Below, piece by piece: positions 13,958 to 26,340 of a stretch of DNA of 64,000 nt. Every line of letters begins with the position of its first letter. The first letter of the stretch is position 1. The position numbers and the translations under genes were made by a program. The DNA is from Octopus vulgaris (lineage: Eukaryota). The notes beneath the pieces were generated by a model. It did not search any database. It had not been told where the DNA came from and saw only the letters and a program-made list of their open reading frames with translations. The stretch covers positions 67,828,001 to 67,892,000 of the forward strand of contig OX597824.1 of NCBI GenBank assembly GCA_951406725.2, read 5' to 3'.

Positions 13958-15079
13958 GTCCAACCCATGCCAATATGGAAAAGGGGCGATAAATAATGAT
14001 GATGAAATGATATTCAGAAATACTAAGACACTGACAATTAGAATATAAAATCGAATATAAAGTATAAAATGAATATCATAAAACCAAATAAAAATATAAT
14101 TAAATGGAAACATGTAATTTTAAAGACAAAATGGTACCTATGTGAGTAAAATTAGAGAAATAGGTAAAAACGTAAGAAAACAGAGTAGAAAAGTTTTAAA
14201 AGAAATATTAAAGAGGAGGAAAAGCAGAGGAAATGAATGAGTAGAAGGGCCAGAGTAGACAGGGAAAGAAAAATGATTGGTTTAAAATGATAAACAATAA
14301 ATAGAATTATAAACACACGCAGTTTCGGAAAAGTGGAATTATTTCTAAAAAAATGTGATTTAATAAGAATGTTAATAAGTATTTTTAAATGATTGCTATT
14401 AGGCATGTTAGCAAGACAATTTTTGCATCAAATATAATGCTGAGGGTTATTTTAAGAGGTTATGTCGTATATAAAATCCGTTCTGTCTGTCTGTGTGTGT
14501 GTGTGGCTTCTAGGATCTAGGGCATCCTCCATACGATTACGCTCAAATTTGATATGTAGATGGTATCAGGACGTGTATAAGTCTTGAAAAATCGCAAAAA
14601 TCGATTCCAGGTGAGAATGCGATCGATAAAGCCGAGGGAAATCGTTTTTCTTTTGATTAGAAAAAAGTCTATCTTTATTTCTTTTTTTGCTGGTGTCTCA
14701 AATTTAGGTTAAATCAGTGTTTCTCAAAGGGGAAGTCTATGGGACGGTCGGAAAAGTTGTTTTGAGAAAATTTGGTTTAAATGTTTGACAACTCAGCACC
14801 GTTCATTTGACGGGGGGCGTTTTGCTCGTTGACTTATATGATAGAACCGATGTTTATGTGTAATAGGCTTATACTTGCGCAGGAGGATGTATATGTTACA
14901 GGTTTAAGAGAGATGATGGTCCGATTAGTACCCGTCATGTATATAAAAATGTTCCTTTAATAAGCTTAGCAAATAAAATTATTTCTTTAAATAATTTTAA
15001 TTAAGTTTCAGTGTTAACAACATAGTTAATTTCCAAATATTATGTTACACCCTAATAGAAGCAAATACTGTAACTATCC

Positions 15080-15285
15080 TTTCTACTAAAGGCACAAGGC
15101 CTGAGATTTGTGGGAAGGGGGCTGGTCGATTACTTCGACCCCAGTGATTCACTGGTACTTAATTTATCGACACCGTAATGATGAAAGGCAAAGTTAACCA
15201 GGGCGGAATTACAACTCACAACGTAACGACAGGTGAAATGCTGCTAGCCATTTCCTTCAGCGTGCTAACGATTCTGCCAGCTCAC
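15080..15285 (-). mobile_element. SINE with Meta-domain-like core
   Basis: Reverse complement of gcctttcatc...ggtcgataaattaagtaccagtga also seen at 33945-34350, 17050-17170, 3850-3970 and 54570-54770. Confidence 0.65.
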
Positions 15286-15299
15286 CCGGTGGTCAATAT

Positions 15300-15370
15300 G
15301 CCTCGGTGGTTCAGTGGTAAAATACGTACCTGCCACGCGAGCAGTCTGGGTTCGATTTCCGACCGACGCG
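15300..15370 (+). pseudogene. tRNA-Gly(GCC) pseudogene
   Basis: GCCTCGGTGGTTCAGTGGTAAAATACGTACCTGCCACGCGAGCAGTCTGGGTTCGATTTCCGACCGACGCG follows the metazoan tRNA-Gly-GCC layout (A box, CTGCCAC anticodon loop, B box, T-run at 15381). Acceptor, anticodon and T stems are mispaired. Confidence 0.75.
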
Positions 15371-15476
15371 AGTAATGTTCTTTTTAAATCCTCTCTTTCA
15401 AACACTCATACGTCAGAATCGACGTAAGTGACCGTCAAATGAGGTTTATATTTGTATTTGTATGAATGTATGTGTA

Positions 15477-15531
<55 letters not shown>

Positions 15532-15807
15532 CAAGATAAGGACAAAAGAAAAATTGAATTAACCCCGAAATTGGGACCAATACGGTAATAACGGATTTTT
15601 TAGAAGTTTCTATCGGTTTGTTTCGAGACGCATAAATTATAATGGTCATTGTCAATGTTTGCCTTTTTTTCGGCATATTTGGCATTATAAATTTTTATTT
15701 TGCCCTTATCTTGTAAATTATTTATAAATTTAACCTTTAAAGGTATTTTTTGATATGCTGCCCATTGATAACATTTTTTTCCCGAAAAACATTTTATCGT
15801 ACATTAG

Positions 15808-15890
<83 letters not shown>

Positions 15891-16030
15891 GTATGTATGT
15901 ATGTATGTATGTATGTATGTATGTATGTATGTATGTATGTATGTATGTGTGCCACACCGCTTTTCTATACTTATACACATACACACAAACACACACAGAT
16001 ACATATGCTGCACGGTTTTTCTATTCTTAG

Positions 16031-16116
16031 GTTCGGTCACAAAGTAGCACTGCAACTCCTGAAGACACTTTGTGCTGCGTCTCTTATTTCTGTATCCTTG
16101 CTAAATGTATTGACAG
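16031..16116 (+). CDS. SLC22-like gene A exon 7
   Basis: ttcttAG|GTTCGGT...GACAG|GTaac. Translates (R)FGHKVALQLLKTLCAASLISVSLLNVLT. Phase 2 in, phase 1 out. Confidence 0.85.
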
Positions 16117-17294
16117 GTAACACTGAAACATGTTTTCTACACATTCGTTCTTTTCATTTCACCGACATTCTCTCAACTGATTCTTTCGTTGCTTTCTTTT
16201 TGTTTTGGTGGTGCTGGTGGTGGTGGTGGTGTGTTTTAATGGTGATTTAATTAATATTTGCATTAATATCCACTTGATCGTCGTGAAGACATCGAACACT
16301 CTGATTTCACGAATTGAAATAGATGGTGAATACATTACTGTTTTAGTTCTCCTTGTTGACTTCAGAGGGAGAAACTATGAGATTTCTATTCTGACGTAAT
16401 AAATAAATGGTCCTTTCCACACAACACATTTAATTACAGTCACCAATGAATAATAAGGTCGAACTAAATGAGAAAATTAAGCTTAGGTTAGTGACTGTCA
16501 GTAATTATACGATATGTAACAATTATGCAACTTTGTCTCTGTATCTATCTCATTCTACTTTCACAATTTTTTAGGCATGATTCCTTTAAACACGGTGGTG
16601 GTTGAATATATTCTTAAGTCCATTTCGTCAATCGCAGCAGCTTTCAAGCTTCACCACTACTTCAGTTATCAACTGAATTGCAAACTGAATTGCAAATAGG
16701 TCACCTCTTCAGCTACACTTTGGGATAAATATTTTGAGATTTGGTTCCGTAGATAAAAATGTTACATCAAAATATGTTTGACCTGAACGTGGGCAGTATA
16801 GCAGGTGTTCATTTTTAATTAACATAATTTTTTAAATTTTAAAATAAAAGTATACTTTTCTTAGGCTTAAATGGCAGAAAAATGCATGAGGAATCCAGAA
16901 TCGTCAGTCGCCTTCAACAAAAATTAGTATAAAAAGTTATGAGTTAAAATGTCCAGAAACGTAAAATAAATAAGTGAGGAAGTAAAGGAGTAACGCCCCA
17001 AGCAATAATTCTAAGAATATATTTCTAAAATGAATGCGTACCACCTAAGGCAACGAGCAGGCAGAAACGTTGGGGCGCTGGGTGAAATTTTTGCGGTATT
17101 TCGTCTATTTTACGTTCTGAGTTCAAATTCTGCCGAGGTCGACTTTGACTTTAATCCATTTCGGGTCTATTTAATTTGAGGTACAGATTATTTAATTAGA
17201 TTTTTTTAACTAAACACTTAGAATATGTCACATAGAACAGGGTTTACTCTTAAGGTTTTTGATAAAATTTTGTACTTGAGATGTTATTTTTTCA

Positions 17295-18490
17295 GAAGTT
17301 ATAGAGTGACAATGGCCAAATTCGTGTTTGATAAGTGCCAATACACGAAACTCTCAGCTTTTGATTTGCTCTCTAACTTCTGCCAATGATATATATATAT
17401 ATACATGTATGTGTTTACAAATCTCATCACGCAATCAATGAAAGAGCCTCTACCTGGTCACTAAAAATAGCAGCCAAAGATCCCCCTACCTAGATCACAT
17501 GACCATTGTACGTAATGTCCTAGATTGTCCCTAAAAAGACTGTTTGCTGAAGGCTGGAATGCCTTTGATGATAAGTTTGCTGTATCAGGGTTGATGTGAC
17601 GCTAACTAACAACATTATGATAAATTTCTATTTTAAACCCCTCCCGCCACCAAATTGGAGGTTTTTGCGTGGAATCAAGTACCCTGACCTCCTAATATGC
17701 TGCAAATTTTGCTTCAGAAAAAGTGGGGGCGAGTGGGGACCCACTCATCTCAGAATCATTGGAAAGTGTTTTTTCCGTTGAGTGATTTCCTGTGACCTAA
17801 TATGCTACAAAACCCTTTTTCTGGTGAGGGGAAAGACATTTTTTCCTCAGTGAAAATCGTGCGGGTGAAAAAAAAAACAGGTGAAATTTCCGAGGCTTCC
17901 ACCTCACCCCACCACGTTTTTCGGACACAAAGAAGTGTTTTGTAGAAGTGTTTTGTATTAGGAGGTCATACGAATTCATTCAACGAAAAAAAATTTCCAA
18001 TGATTCCGGGATAGGTGGGTCCCCCTCGCCTCCCCTTTTTCCGAACCAGAATAAGGGATTTACAGCATGTTAGGAGATCAGGGTAATTGATTCCACATAA
18101 AAAATCCAAGTTTTTTTTTTTTCTTAGTGAAAATCTCGCGGGTTTTAATACAGAAATTTGCCATACTTTCGTTGTTATTTAGCCTCAAAATAACCCTGAT
18201 AAAGAAAACCTATCACCAAAGACATTCCAGCCTTCAACAAACCGTCTTTTTAGGGATAATCTAGGAAATTACGTACAGTGGGCGTGTGATTTAGGTAGGA
18301 GCATACTTTGGCTGCTATTTTTAGCGTCTCGAGCGACCATGTAGAGGCTCTTTCATTAGTTCAATTGCGTGATGAGATGTTTTTTATACATATATGTAAT
18401 ATGTATATATATCATTGGCAGGAGTTAGAGAGTTTCGTTTATTGGCACTTATCAAGCACGAATTTGGTCATTGTCACTCTGTAAACTCTG
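17295..18490. mobile_element. ~1.2-kb diverged foldback/palindromic element
   Basis: 17295-17390, 17420-17620 and 17620-17790 are reverse complements of 18405-18490, 18170-18380 and 17990-18160 respectively. Confidence 0.75.
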
Positions 18491-18742
18491 CGGATATAAA
18501 TATTAGCATTGGGACCCTTCCATCGAAAACCGGTGATTGTCATGCGCTGATTACGGGTCAATACCCAGAAACTGCAGTCCGTGCGTATCACTTAGGTTGA
18601 CGTGGGAAGGGTGACCTCCCTTTGCAAATACCGATAGGGCACAGAAAGTGTGTCAATAGCCAGCTAGAGAAGATGTTCTCCTGGGGCTACAAGCTACAGT
18701 AACATCCACCCTTAGTGGTTAGCCATATTTAGATGGCAAATA

Positions 18743-18847
<105 letters not shown>

Positions 18848-19199
18848 CAAAATAGTCTATAATTGTATACATAATTAGAATGAAGGGTCGGCTAATGGCT
18901 TCGCGTACTGAATTAGAAATAGACGCTAATGTCTTTTCAACTATCATACAAAAATCCGAGAAAAAACACTTTTTTTATAGTATGGAAAAGGGAAAATGAT
19001 GAATCAAATCGACAACGGTTAATTCTTGATTGGGAAGCTTCCAGACCGAAACACGTCCACTCTCTGAAAATAATGCAAATCTGGATTCATCTGAGAAATC
19101 ACTCTATCCCAAAATTGACTGGATTTTTCTGACATCTCCTTAGCCCACTTCTTTCTTTTCATGATATTAATTGGTTAAGGAGAGGTTTTCTTCTATCTT

Positions 19200-19560
19200 C
19201 TCGTCCATAATACCAAAGATTATGCAGACATGTAACACACGTTGTTGGATTAACTTCTAGCTGTTTTGCAATGTCAGGAGCCTTCGAACGGGGTTAGTTT
19301 TCTACAATTCTCTTCAAACAGCGAAGCTTCCTTTCCGAGGGCCCAATTCGGCCGGGGCGAGAATCTGTTGATTTTTTTCCTTGGCTTTTGAATTGCACTA
19401 TAATTCTATTAACAGTAGCAAGAGGAATCTGAAGACCAGCCTCAGATTGCCCAACAAAACCACATCTTTGAAAATCTGACAGTTCTGCTGAATTTTTTGT
19501 GCATGACATAGTAACTCTTGGTAAATGTTTAATATAATGGCACCTGGAATGGAAAAGAAT
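19200..19560 (-). mobile_element. Tc1-like transposase 5' remnant
   Basis: ORF 19294-19509 [11 protein letters not shown]...[13 protein letters not shown].....RPGR resembles a Tc1 paired-like HTH N-terminus. Confidence 0.6.
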
Positions 19561-20303
19561 AATTACATTGTAAATTCTACACCGCTGAAAAAATATTAAG
19601 ACGCTAAGTTCAGAAATTTTGAAACTTAAAGGTGTCTATTTACTTCCTGCATGTCTGTGTATGTGTATATAATATACCGAGGAGACACAGCTTGTGCATC
19701 TTTCGCAGAAATTAATTTATGTCATCAATTGAATTTGAAAGTTTTAATAAGCAAGGTCCATCCTAGCGTCATCTGTTAAATTGATTTCTTTTTTTCGCCA
19801 CTTGAAGAATAAAAAGTATAGGGCGAAGTGGAGACCAAATTTGTTTTCACTTTTGAACATTTCGTTTGATATTCTTGCGAAATTGGTTTATAGTCAAGTT
19901 ATGATAGATTCTGTGGAAACTGTCTACCATTTCTCAATCGCTATTTTATAATCATTCATCATTGATTCACCGAACTTTCAATATTTTGACTTCAAACTTT
20001 CAATATTATAACTTCAGACTTCCAATATTTTATTAAGATAGTCACGTGTGACAAAACTGATGACCCACAAATAATTTTTTTCATATTAGTACTTTTCATT
20101 CATAATTCCATGTTCGACGAAATAAACAGACAAGTACTTAGTTTTTTTATACTAGCATAAACTTGCGCTCATATTAAAACATCATTATTTTTATATGTTT
20201 TATATCATTATATTGATGTTGTTCTATTTTCCCGTTTCGTTAAATGAACTGTTGGTGTAGATACGAAATTTATTTTCACATCTAACGTATCTTTTTCTTT
20301 CAG

Positions 20304-20424
20304 AGAGCAGTAACACGACTGAAAATATCATCCTTATTTTGTACATCTTAGCAGTTGCTGAAGTGAGTGGTGCCTCCTGTGGTGATTACATTTACATTTC
20401 AGAACTCTATCCTACACACATACG
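20304..20424 (+). CDS. SLC22-like gene A exon 8
   Basis: ctttcAG|AGAGCAG...ATACG|GTacgt. Translates ESSNTTENIILILYILAVAEVSGASCGDYIYISELYPTHIR (ELYPT..R motif). Confidence 0.92.
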
Positions 20425-20539
20425 GTACGTAATCATCGTGTATATATTTATATATATATATATATATTCTAAATGTGACCGCGTGTGTACCATTGGCGAA
20501 TTTTTTTCTCCCTCTTTCCTTCTTTGGATCTTTCCTTTT

Positions 20540-20585
20540 CCTATGTTCCTGACGAAGAACTCCGCTCGAAACGTTAAGCCCTCCT
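20540..20585 (+). ncRNA. Degenerate minimal hammerhead-like motif in a small repeat between (TA)n tracts
   Basis: CTGACGA-A-GAAC-tcc-GCTC-GAAA-CG-TTA at 20549-20576. Stem II has a mismatch and stem I is weak. Confidence 0.4.
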
Positions 20586-20676
20586 TTTTACCTTCCTTCC
20601 TGAGCGTCCAATAATACTATATTTGTTCCATGTCCTCGCGTTGTTGTGTTTTCTCTTTCTGTTTTCATGTTTGAAT

Positions 20677-20745
<69 letters not shown>

Positions 20746-21283
20746 AAAAGGGTAATAATATAGATTACTACCAGTGGCTCAGCACAAAAGACGAATTAGT
20801 CATTAGACAAAATATTATTCATATAGAAAAATATTATTCATGTAGAAATATAATTAAGGGCTCCTAAATAAAGATGCCAAGTGCTGGGAACACAAAAAGG
20901 GGATAAACTTATCGAGAGTGAAAATCAAAAACATTTACCGATAACTTTACATCTCGGACTGATATCAGTTTCTACCTCTTTCTAGCAAAACACAGAATAT
21001 GTTTGCTAAGGCTGGTTTCATCAGCGAGACGCCTAAATTGAATCGAGATACGCAGCGCGTTAGACCATGTGTTGATCTCAACAACTTGCAGATCTTAACT
21101 TTTCAAATCTCTGCGCAGACGCAAAATATACCCGGCGATATAGGGCATGCCGGGAAAAATTTTACGAATAAATCTATCAAGTAATATGCGAATATAAACA
21201 AAAGGGTAATAATATAGATTACTACCAGTGGCTCAGCACAAAAGACGAATTAGTTGGTAATTGTAAATCTCTTGTTATTGTAG

Positions 21284-21356
21284 AAGTGTTGGAAATGGTA
21301 TTGCTACGACTTTCATGCGAACCCTGTGTATGATATCACCTTTCCTCAAACTCTTG
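21284..21356 (+). CDS. SLC22-like gene A exon 9
   Basis: ttgtAG|AAGTGTT...CTCTTG|GTaagg. Translates SVGNGIATTFMRTLCMISPFLKLL. Confidence 0.9.
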
Positions 21357-21559
21357 GTAAGGAAATACTGAGTTTTTTAATCTAAACTATTAGTGAGATT
21401 TTCAAATACATATTGACTGTCCTGAATAGCATTTAATTGCACAGCAGATACAAATACACACACATATATGAAATATATCTATCTATAAAATTAACCAATT
21501 CTTTTACTATATCTTTGTATTTATTCTATCTCTCTCTCTCTCCCTGTATATGCATATAA

Positions 21560-23177
21560 TCTATATGTAAAATTCTTTGTCTGTCTGTTACCTGTGCATT
21601 CTCAAACGGTTGGATCAAATCAAATTTTACGAGGCAATAGTATGAGCGTCAGCATGTAATTTTTAGTTTCATTTCGATTTAAACAATATAGCATTGACAC
21701 TGGTTCGGTATTATGTGTCAAAAGTGAAAGAATAAGATCTATATTGTAATGTGATATAATATTGTTCCACTATCCTTTCTAACTTTTAATTCTAATGTGA
21801 TAAGGCTATAATGTTGCTTCACTTTTATTCTTTCACTTTTAATTCTAATGATATCACTCAGATCACCTTATTTCTATTAGACAGAAGAGAGATGAGCCTT
21901 ACTCAAGATCAACAAAGGCACACTGCAGCACAACATCAAATGGAGTTTCAAGAGAGAAGGAAGATGAGGCTTCCACAAGATCGACAACTGCATGCTGCAG
22001 CACAACAAATGATGTCTCAAGAGAGAAGCGAAATTAGACTTTTCCAAGATCAGCAAAGGCATGCCACAGCACATCAAATGGAGCCTCAAAACAGAATCGA
22101 GATGAGACTTTCTCAAGATCAGCAAAGCATGCTGCAGGATATCAAATGGAGTCTCTATTCGGAAGGAAGATGAGACTTTCCCAAGATCAGCAAAGGTATA
22201 CTGCAGCATGTCATACGGCGTCTCAAGACAGAAGCGAAATGAGACATTCTCAAGATCAGCAAAGCCTTGCTGCAGTACGTCAGGTGGAGTCTCAGGAGAG
22301 AAGGGAGATGAAACTTTCTTAAGACCAGCAAACGCATGCTGCAGCGTTTGATCATTATAACAACATTTTAATGATTAGACAGAAGTCCAAAAGAATAGCT
22401 CTCAGAAACAGACTACTTACAAATTGGTTCTTGACAACATCTGGGGGTGCTTTCAGATACGATCCATCCCATTCTAATAAAAATGATAATTTTGTCCAAA
22501 TAAGTGTGCTAAACTCAAATCGTCGTTACTGCAAAAATTGAAAATTTCTAAATGAAACTAATAACATGTACTGCTCAGGTGGTAAAGTCGGATTGCCAGC
22601 ACTACTAGCTCCTCTTTAGCCTCCTATGGATCTTCTGGAAGGCGTTTCCATCCTGTCAAAAGATTTTCATTACGATATCAAACAATATAACTCTGAATTT
22701 CAAATGACATCGTTTGGTGCATCTAAGGAGATAGTTGAACATGGATTTAGGCCGACGTTCAAAGTTCAAGGGCAAGTCTATCACCTCAATGGTTCCCTGT
22801 TACCTACAAATGAATATCCACAGTTCCTCTAAATGAGTGATGTAGGACAACAAATCCCAAGGAGGTCTCAAAACTTCAAACGATGGGTCATGTTAAATGC
22901 AGCACCGACTGCTGCTATGGAGAGTACATTCGCTGACAGATTTTCGGGGTGTTCAAAACTCACATAACCCCACCCTCAATTTTGCACGACAGATTAGGGC
23001 CTGGAATACTCCAAACAGACGCAAGACATGTTGCTTTGTCGAATTAGCCCATCATTTACTCCACAAATGTTTTGTCGACAATGTTGCTCTTTCCCGTATC
23101 GCCAGTTTAAAGATAACTGTAATATATACACAAATTATGCCATTTTAATCCCGAGTAACGCCGGGTATCTCTGCTAG
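21560..23177 (+). mobile_element. Internally deleted Helitron
   Basis: Probable 5' TC. ~69-bp coding tandem repeats 21892-22350. Rep/Hel N-terminal block IKQYNSEFQMTSFGA...GFRPTFKVQGQVYHLNGSLLP (ORF 22626-22832). 3' hairpin cccgagtaacgccggg followed by CTAG at 23174-23177 then T. Confidence 0.85.
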
Positions 23178-23236
23178 TATAATATAAATTAACAAATATG
23201 TTTGTATGCGCGCGCGCGTGTGTGTGTGTGTGTGTG

Positions 23237-23280
<44 letters not shown>

Positions 23281-23858
23281 TGTGTGTGTGTTTGAAGAAA
23301 ACTTTTGTAACAAGTGAGCTATCTTTAAATAATCTTAGAAAAACAGAATGAAACAATTTTGGAAAGTAGATTTCCTATTCATTCCATAATATTGTGCCTG
23401 AAACTATGCACAGTTAAGTTCATGACAGACTTGATTCCAATACAATACTCTTTTCCTTAATTTTAATGTGCATCATACTTTCTTGTCTATCATCATTTCA
23501 ATTCTTTTCAACAATCTTCCTTTCTAGATAAGTAATCTACATTCATTCTTTTATCTTTATAAAAGGTTTTCTCTTACTAAAACTAGTATTTCTCTTACTA
23601 AAACTGTCTTCTCTCTCTAAAACGATATTTCTCCTACCCATTTGTGTTCCCTCTTTACGTATCTCTGTTTCTCTCTAAATCTTCGTATAGAGTCTATGCG
23701 CCTGTTAGAACAATCTGCTCGATAATTAAATGCAATAATTATAAACACGTTTTCCCATTAATTGAAATCATATATTTTCCTGATTGGTCAGATTGCTATC
23801 TCTGTCGATAAATTTATTTGATATAATTTCACTAATATTATAAGTTTTCTATCTACAG

Positions 23859-24041
23859 GCTATGGCATTTCCGTGGGCTCCTGGTGTTATCATAGGCGCC
23901 AGTTGTATAGTTACTTCAATTTTGATCCAAGTATTTTTACCAGAAACTGGAAACCGTGTTCTACCACAGAGAATTGAAGATCTGAAAATGGCGGAAAAGA
24001 AAAATAAGAGAAATGATATAAAAATGCAAGGTGTATCGTAA
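23859..24041 (+). CDS. SLC22-like gene A terminal exon 10
   Basis: ctacAG|GCTATG...TCGTAA. Translates AMAFPWAPGVIIGASCIVTSILIQVFLPETGNRVLPQRIEDLK...GVS* (LPET..LP..IED motif). ATTAAA at 24071. Confidence 0.92.
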   Translation, partial: AMAFPWAPGVIIGASCIVTSILIQVFLPETGNRVLPQRIEDLKMAEKKNKRNDIKMQGVS

Positions 24042-24407
24042 AAATATTTGAGAGGGTCTTAGACAGCAAGATTAAATTCATTAAAAATTCAAAACATGAA
24101 GTGTATGTTGGGATGATGTTTTACAATCCAATTCAACGCATTCCATTTCACTATAGTCTTTTGTGAAACCCCAAAATCAATCCCATGACCTGAAGTTGAC
24201 ACACCTAAATATACACACCAGAATACATAGTTCTATATGCATGAATACATTCTGAACAAAAAAATGTAATTAAACCCCAAATTTAATCAGTAGAATTGTT
24301 AATAACTCTTCAGCAGAACTTACCCTACAACCTAAGTATCATTCAACAGAGCTCCACACACCCCGAAGTCACTATCAATACTATTGATGTTGAAGATATC
24401 ATATATA

Positions 24408-24455
<48 letters not shown>

Positions 24456-24517
24456 TGTGTGTGTATGTGTGTGTTTGAGTGTGTGTGTTTGTGTGTGTTT
24501 GTGTGTGTGCGTGTGTT

Positions 24518-24556
<39 letters not shown>

Positions 24557-24936
24557 CATCAGTTTTTTGAGGATTATCCCTTTGAAGAGCTCTAACACTT
24601 CTAACTTTTTTTTTTACTTTACCTTTCAGATAATAAAGTCATGCACCATGTTAGCTCAGCAAATTAAAATCATGGTGTAATCGTTGCCTTAAAAGGGAAG
24701 TATAGTGATGCAGAGATAGCTTGCTTCCTAAATGTGTACCCGATCCTATGTTGTCAAAATTAGAAAGAAGCTAGATGCTGTTGAGGAAATCCAACATCAG
24801 CAGAAATAACATTTAATGTTCCACATTTCAATCCTCTTGATTCTCAGAGTTTTAGAGGACATGTGAAGTATACGCTATATTTTATCTCCTCACTATTTAT
24901 GTTCAATTTTCTTCTCACGCTTTGCTTCATTTTCCG

Positions 24937-25140
24937 GCACATATTTTTAGCTCTTTTATTTTGGTTTTTGTTAGTTAAACCCAAAAGAATGACCAGTTAC
25001 TATGCCTAGTACTCTTATGATTATCTGGGTCACATATTATTCTTCCCTTATGTTGATATCCTATTATCGGAGGATCACATTTGGAACACGTTATTCCTGT
25101 TTAATGGTTTCCTCTCAAGATAATTCTTTATGGATTCCTT
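24937..25140 (+). pseudogene. Decayed copy of SLC22-like exon 4
   Basis: Colinear with 3368-3570 (e.g. ttggaacacg.tattcctgtttaatg; tggatt.cttgta). Acceptor AG lost and frame broken. Confidence 0.75.
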
Positions 25141-25934
25141 GTACTAGATTCCGCAAACATTATACATACACACAGACACACAGACACACACATATTAAAC
25201 TTTTTAATACTTTTTGATAGTTAAAAAAAATAAATAATAAATAAATATATAAAAAAATACAAATAAAAATAAATAAACAAATATATATATATATATATAT
25301 ATAAATTTATAAATATAAATTAATAATTTTAAATTTTTCACTTTAAATTTTAAATAATTTAAATTTTGAATTTTATATTTTATATATTTTGTATATTGTA
25401 TTAATTAATTTTATCTTTATATTTTGGTTTATGTTTTTCACTGTTTGATTTGCCTAATAATGATTTTATCTCTAATTTAATAATTATTTATATACATATA
25501 TATATATATAAATTCTATCTTGTGAAACCTTATTAAATTTAAATGGTATTTTTTTATTCTTGAAAAACTTGTCTTTATTAATGGTGTTGAAACAGCTGTA
25601 ATTTACAAGGTGACATTTCTTTCTATAAAACAATAAAATTGAATTGAATTTATCATTTAATCATTAATTAATTTGATTGTACAATTTATTATTTTGGTTT
25701 CCATTTCTAATTTATATTTATATAAATTCTAAATTAAATAAGTATTATTACCTTTATTAATAATAATTTTGGTAATAATAAAGTGGTTAGCAAATTTATA
25801 CTTTTACAGGTAAAATATGAACTAAATTCAAAATACAATAGAATTTTGAATTTAGTTCATATTTGAATAAAAAATTCAAAATACAAAGCATACCCGCTGC
25901 TCTAAACAGAGCCATTGCTCCAAAACCACAAATT

Positions 25935-26096
25935 AGGAGCGACTGTGTGGTAAGTAGCTTGCTTACCGACCTCATGGTTCCGGGTTCAGTCCCACTGCAT
26001 GACACCTTAGGCAAGTACCTTCTACGATAGCCTCGGGCCGACCAAAGCCTTGCGAGTGGATTCGGTAGAGGAAACTGAAAGAAGCCTGTCGTCGTA

Positions 26097-26152
<56 letters not shown>

Positions 26153-26340
26153 TGTATGTATGTATGTATGTATGCGTGTGTATATGTTTGTGTGTGTGTT
26201 TTTGTTGCTCCAAAAGGGATAGATAGATTAAGTACTAAGCTTACAAAGAATATGTCCTGGAGTCGATTTACTCGCCTACAGGCGGTGCTCCAGCATGGCC
26301 ACAGTCAAATGATTATAAACAAGTAAAAGAGTATAAGAGT
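25935..26340 (+). mobile_element. tRNA/CORE-like SINE (family 2) with internal microsatellite
   Basis: gtggtaagtagcttgcttacc...ggttccgggttcagtcccactgc..gacacctt.ggcaag. Further copies at 56897-57055, 57494-57790 and, on the minus strand, 38945-39085 and 50450-50600. Confidence 0.75.

Noticed and set aside
21892-22350. CRISPR-like array
   Set aside because: Degenerate tandem coding repeats without unique spacers, in a eukaryotic Helitron; no cas genes.
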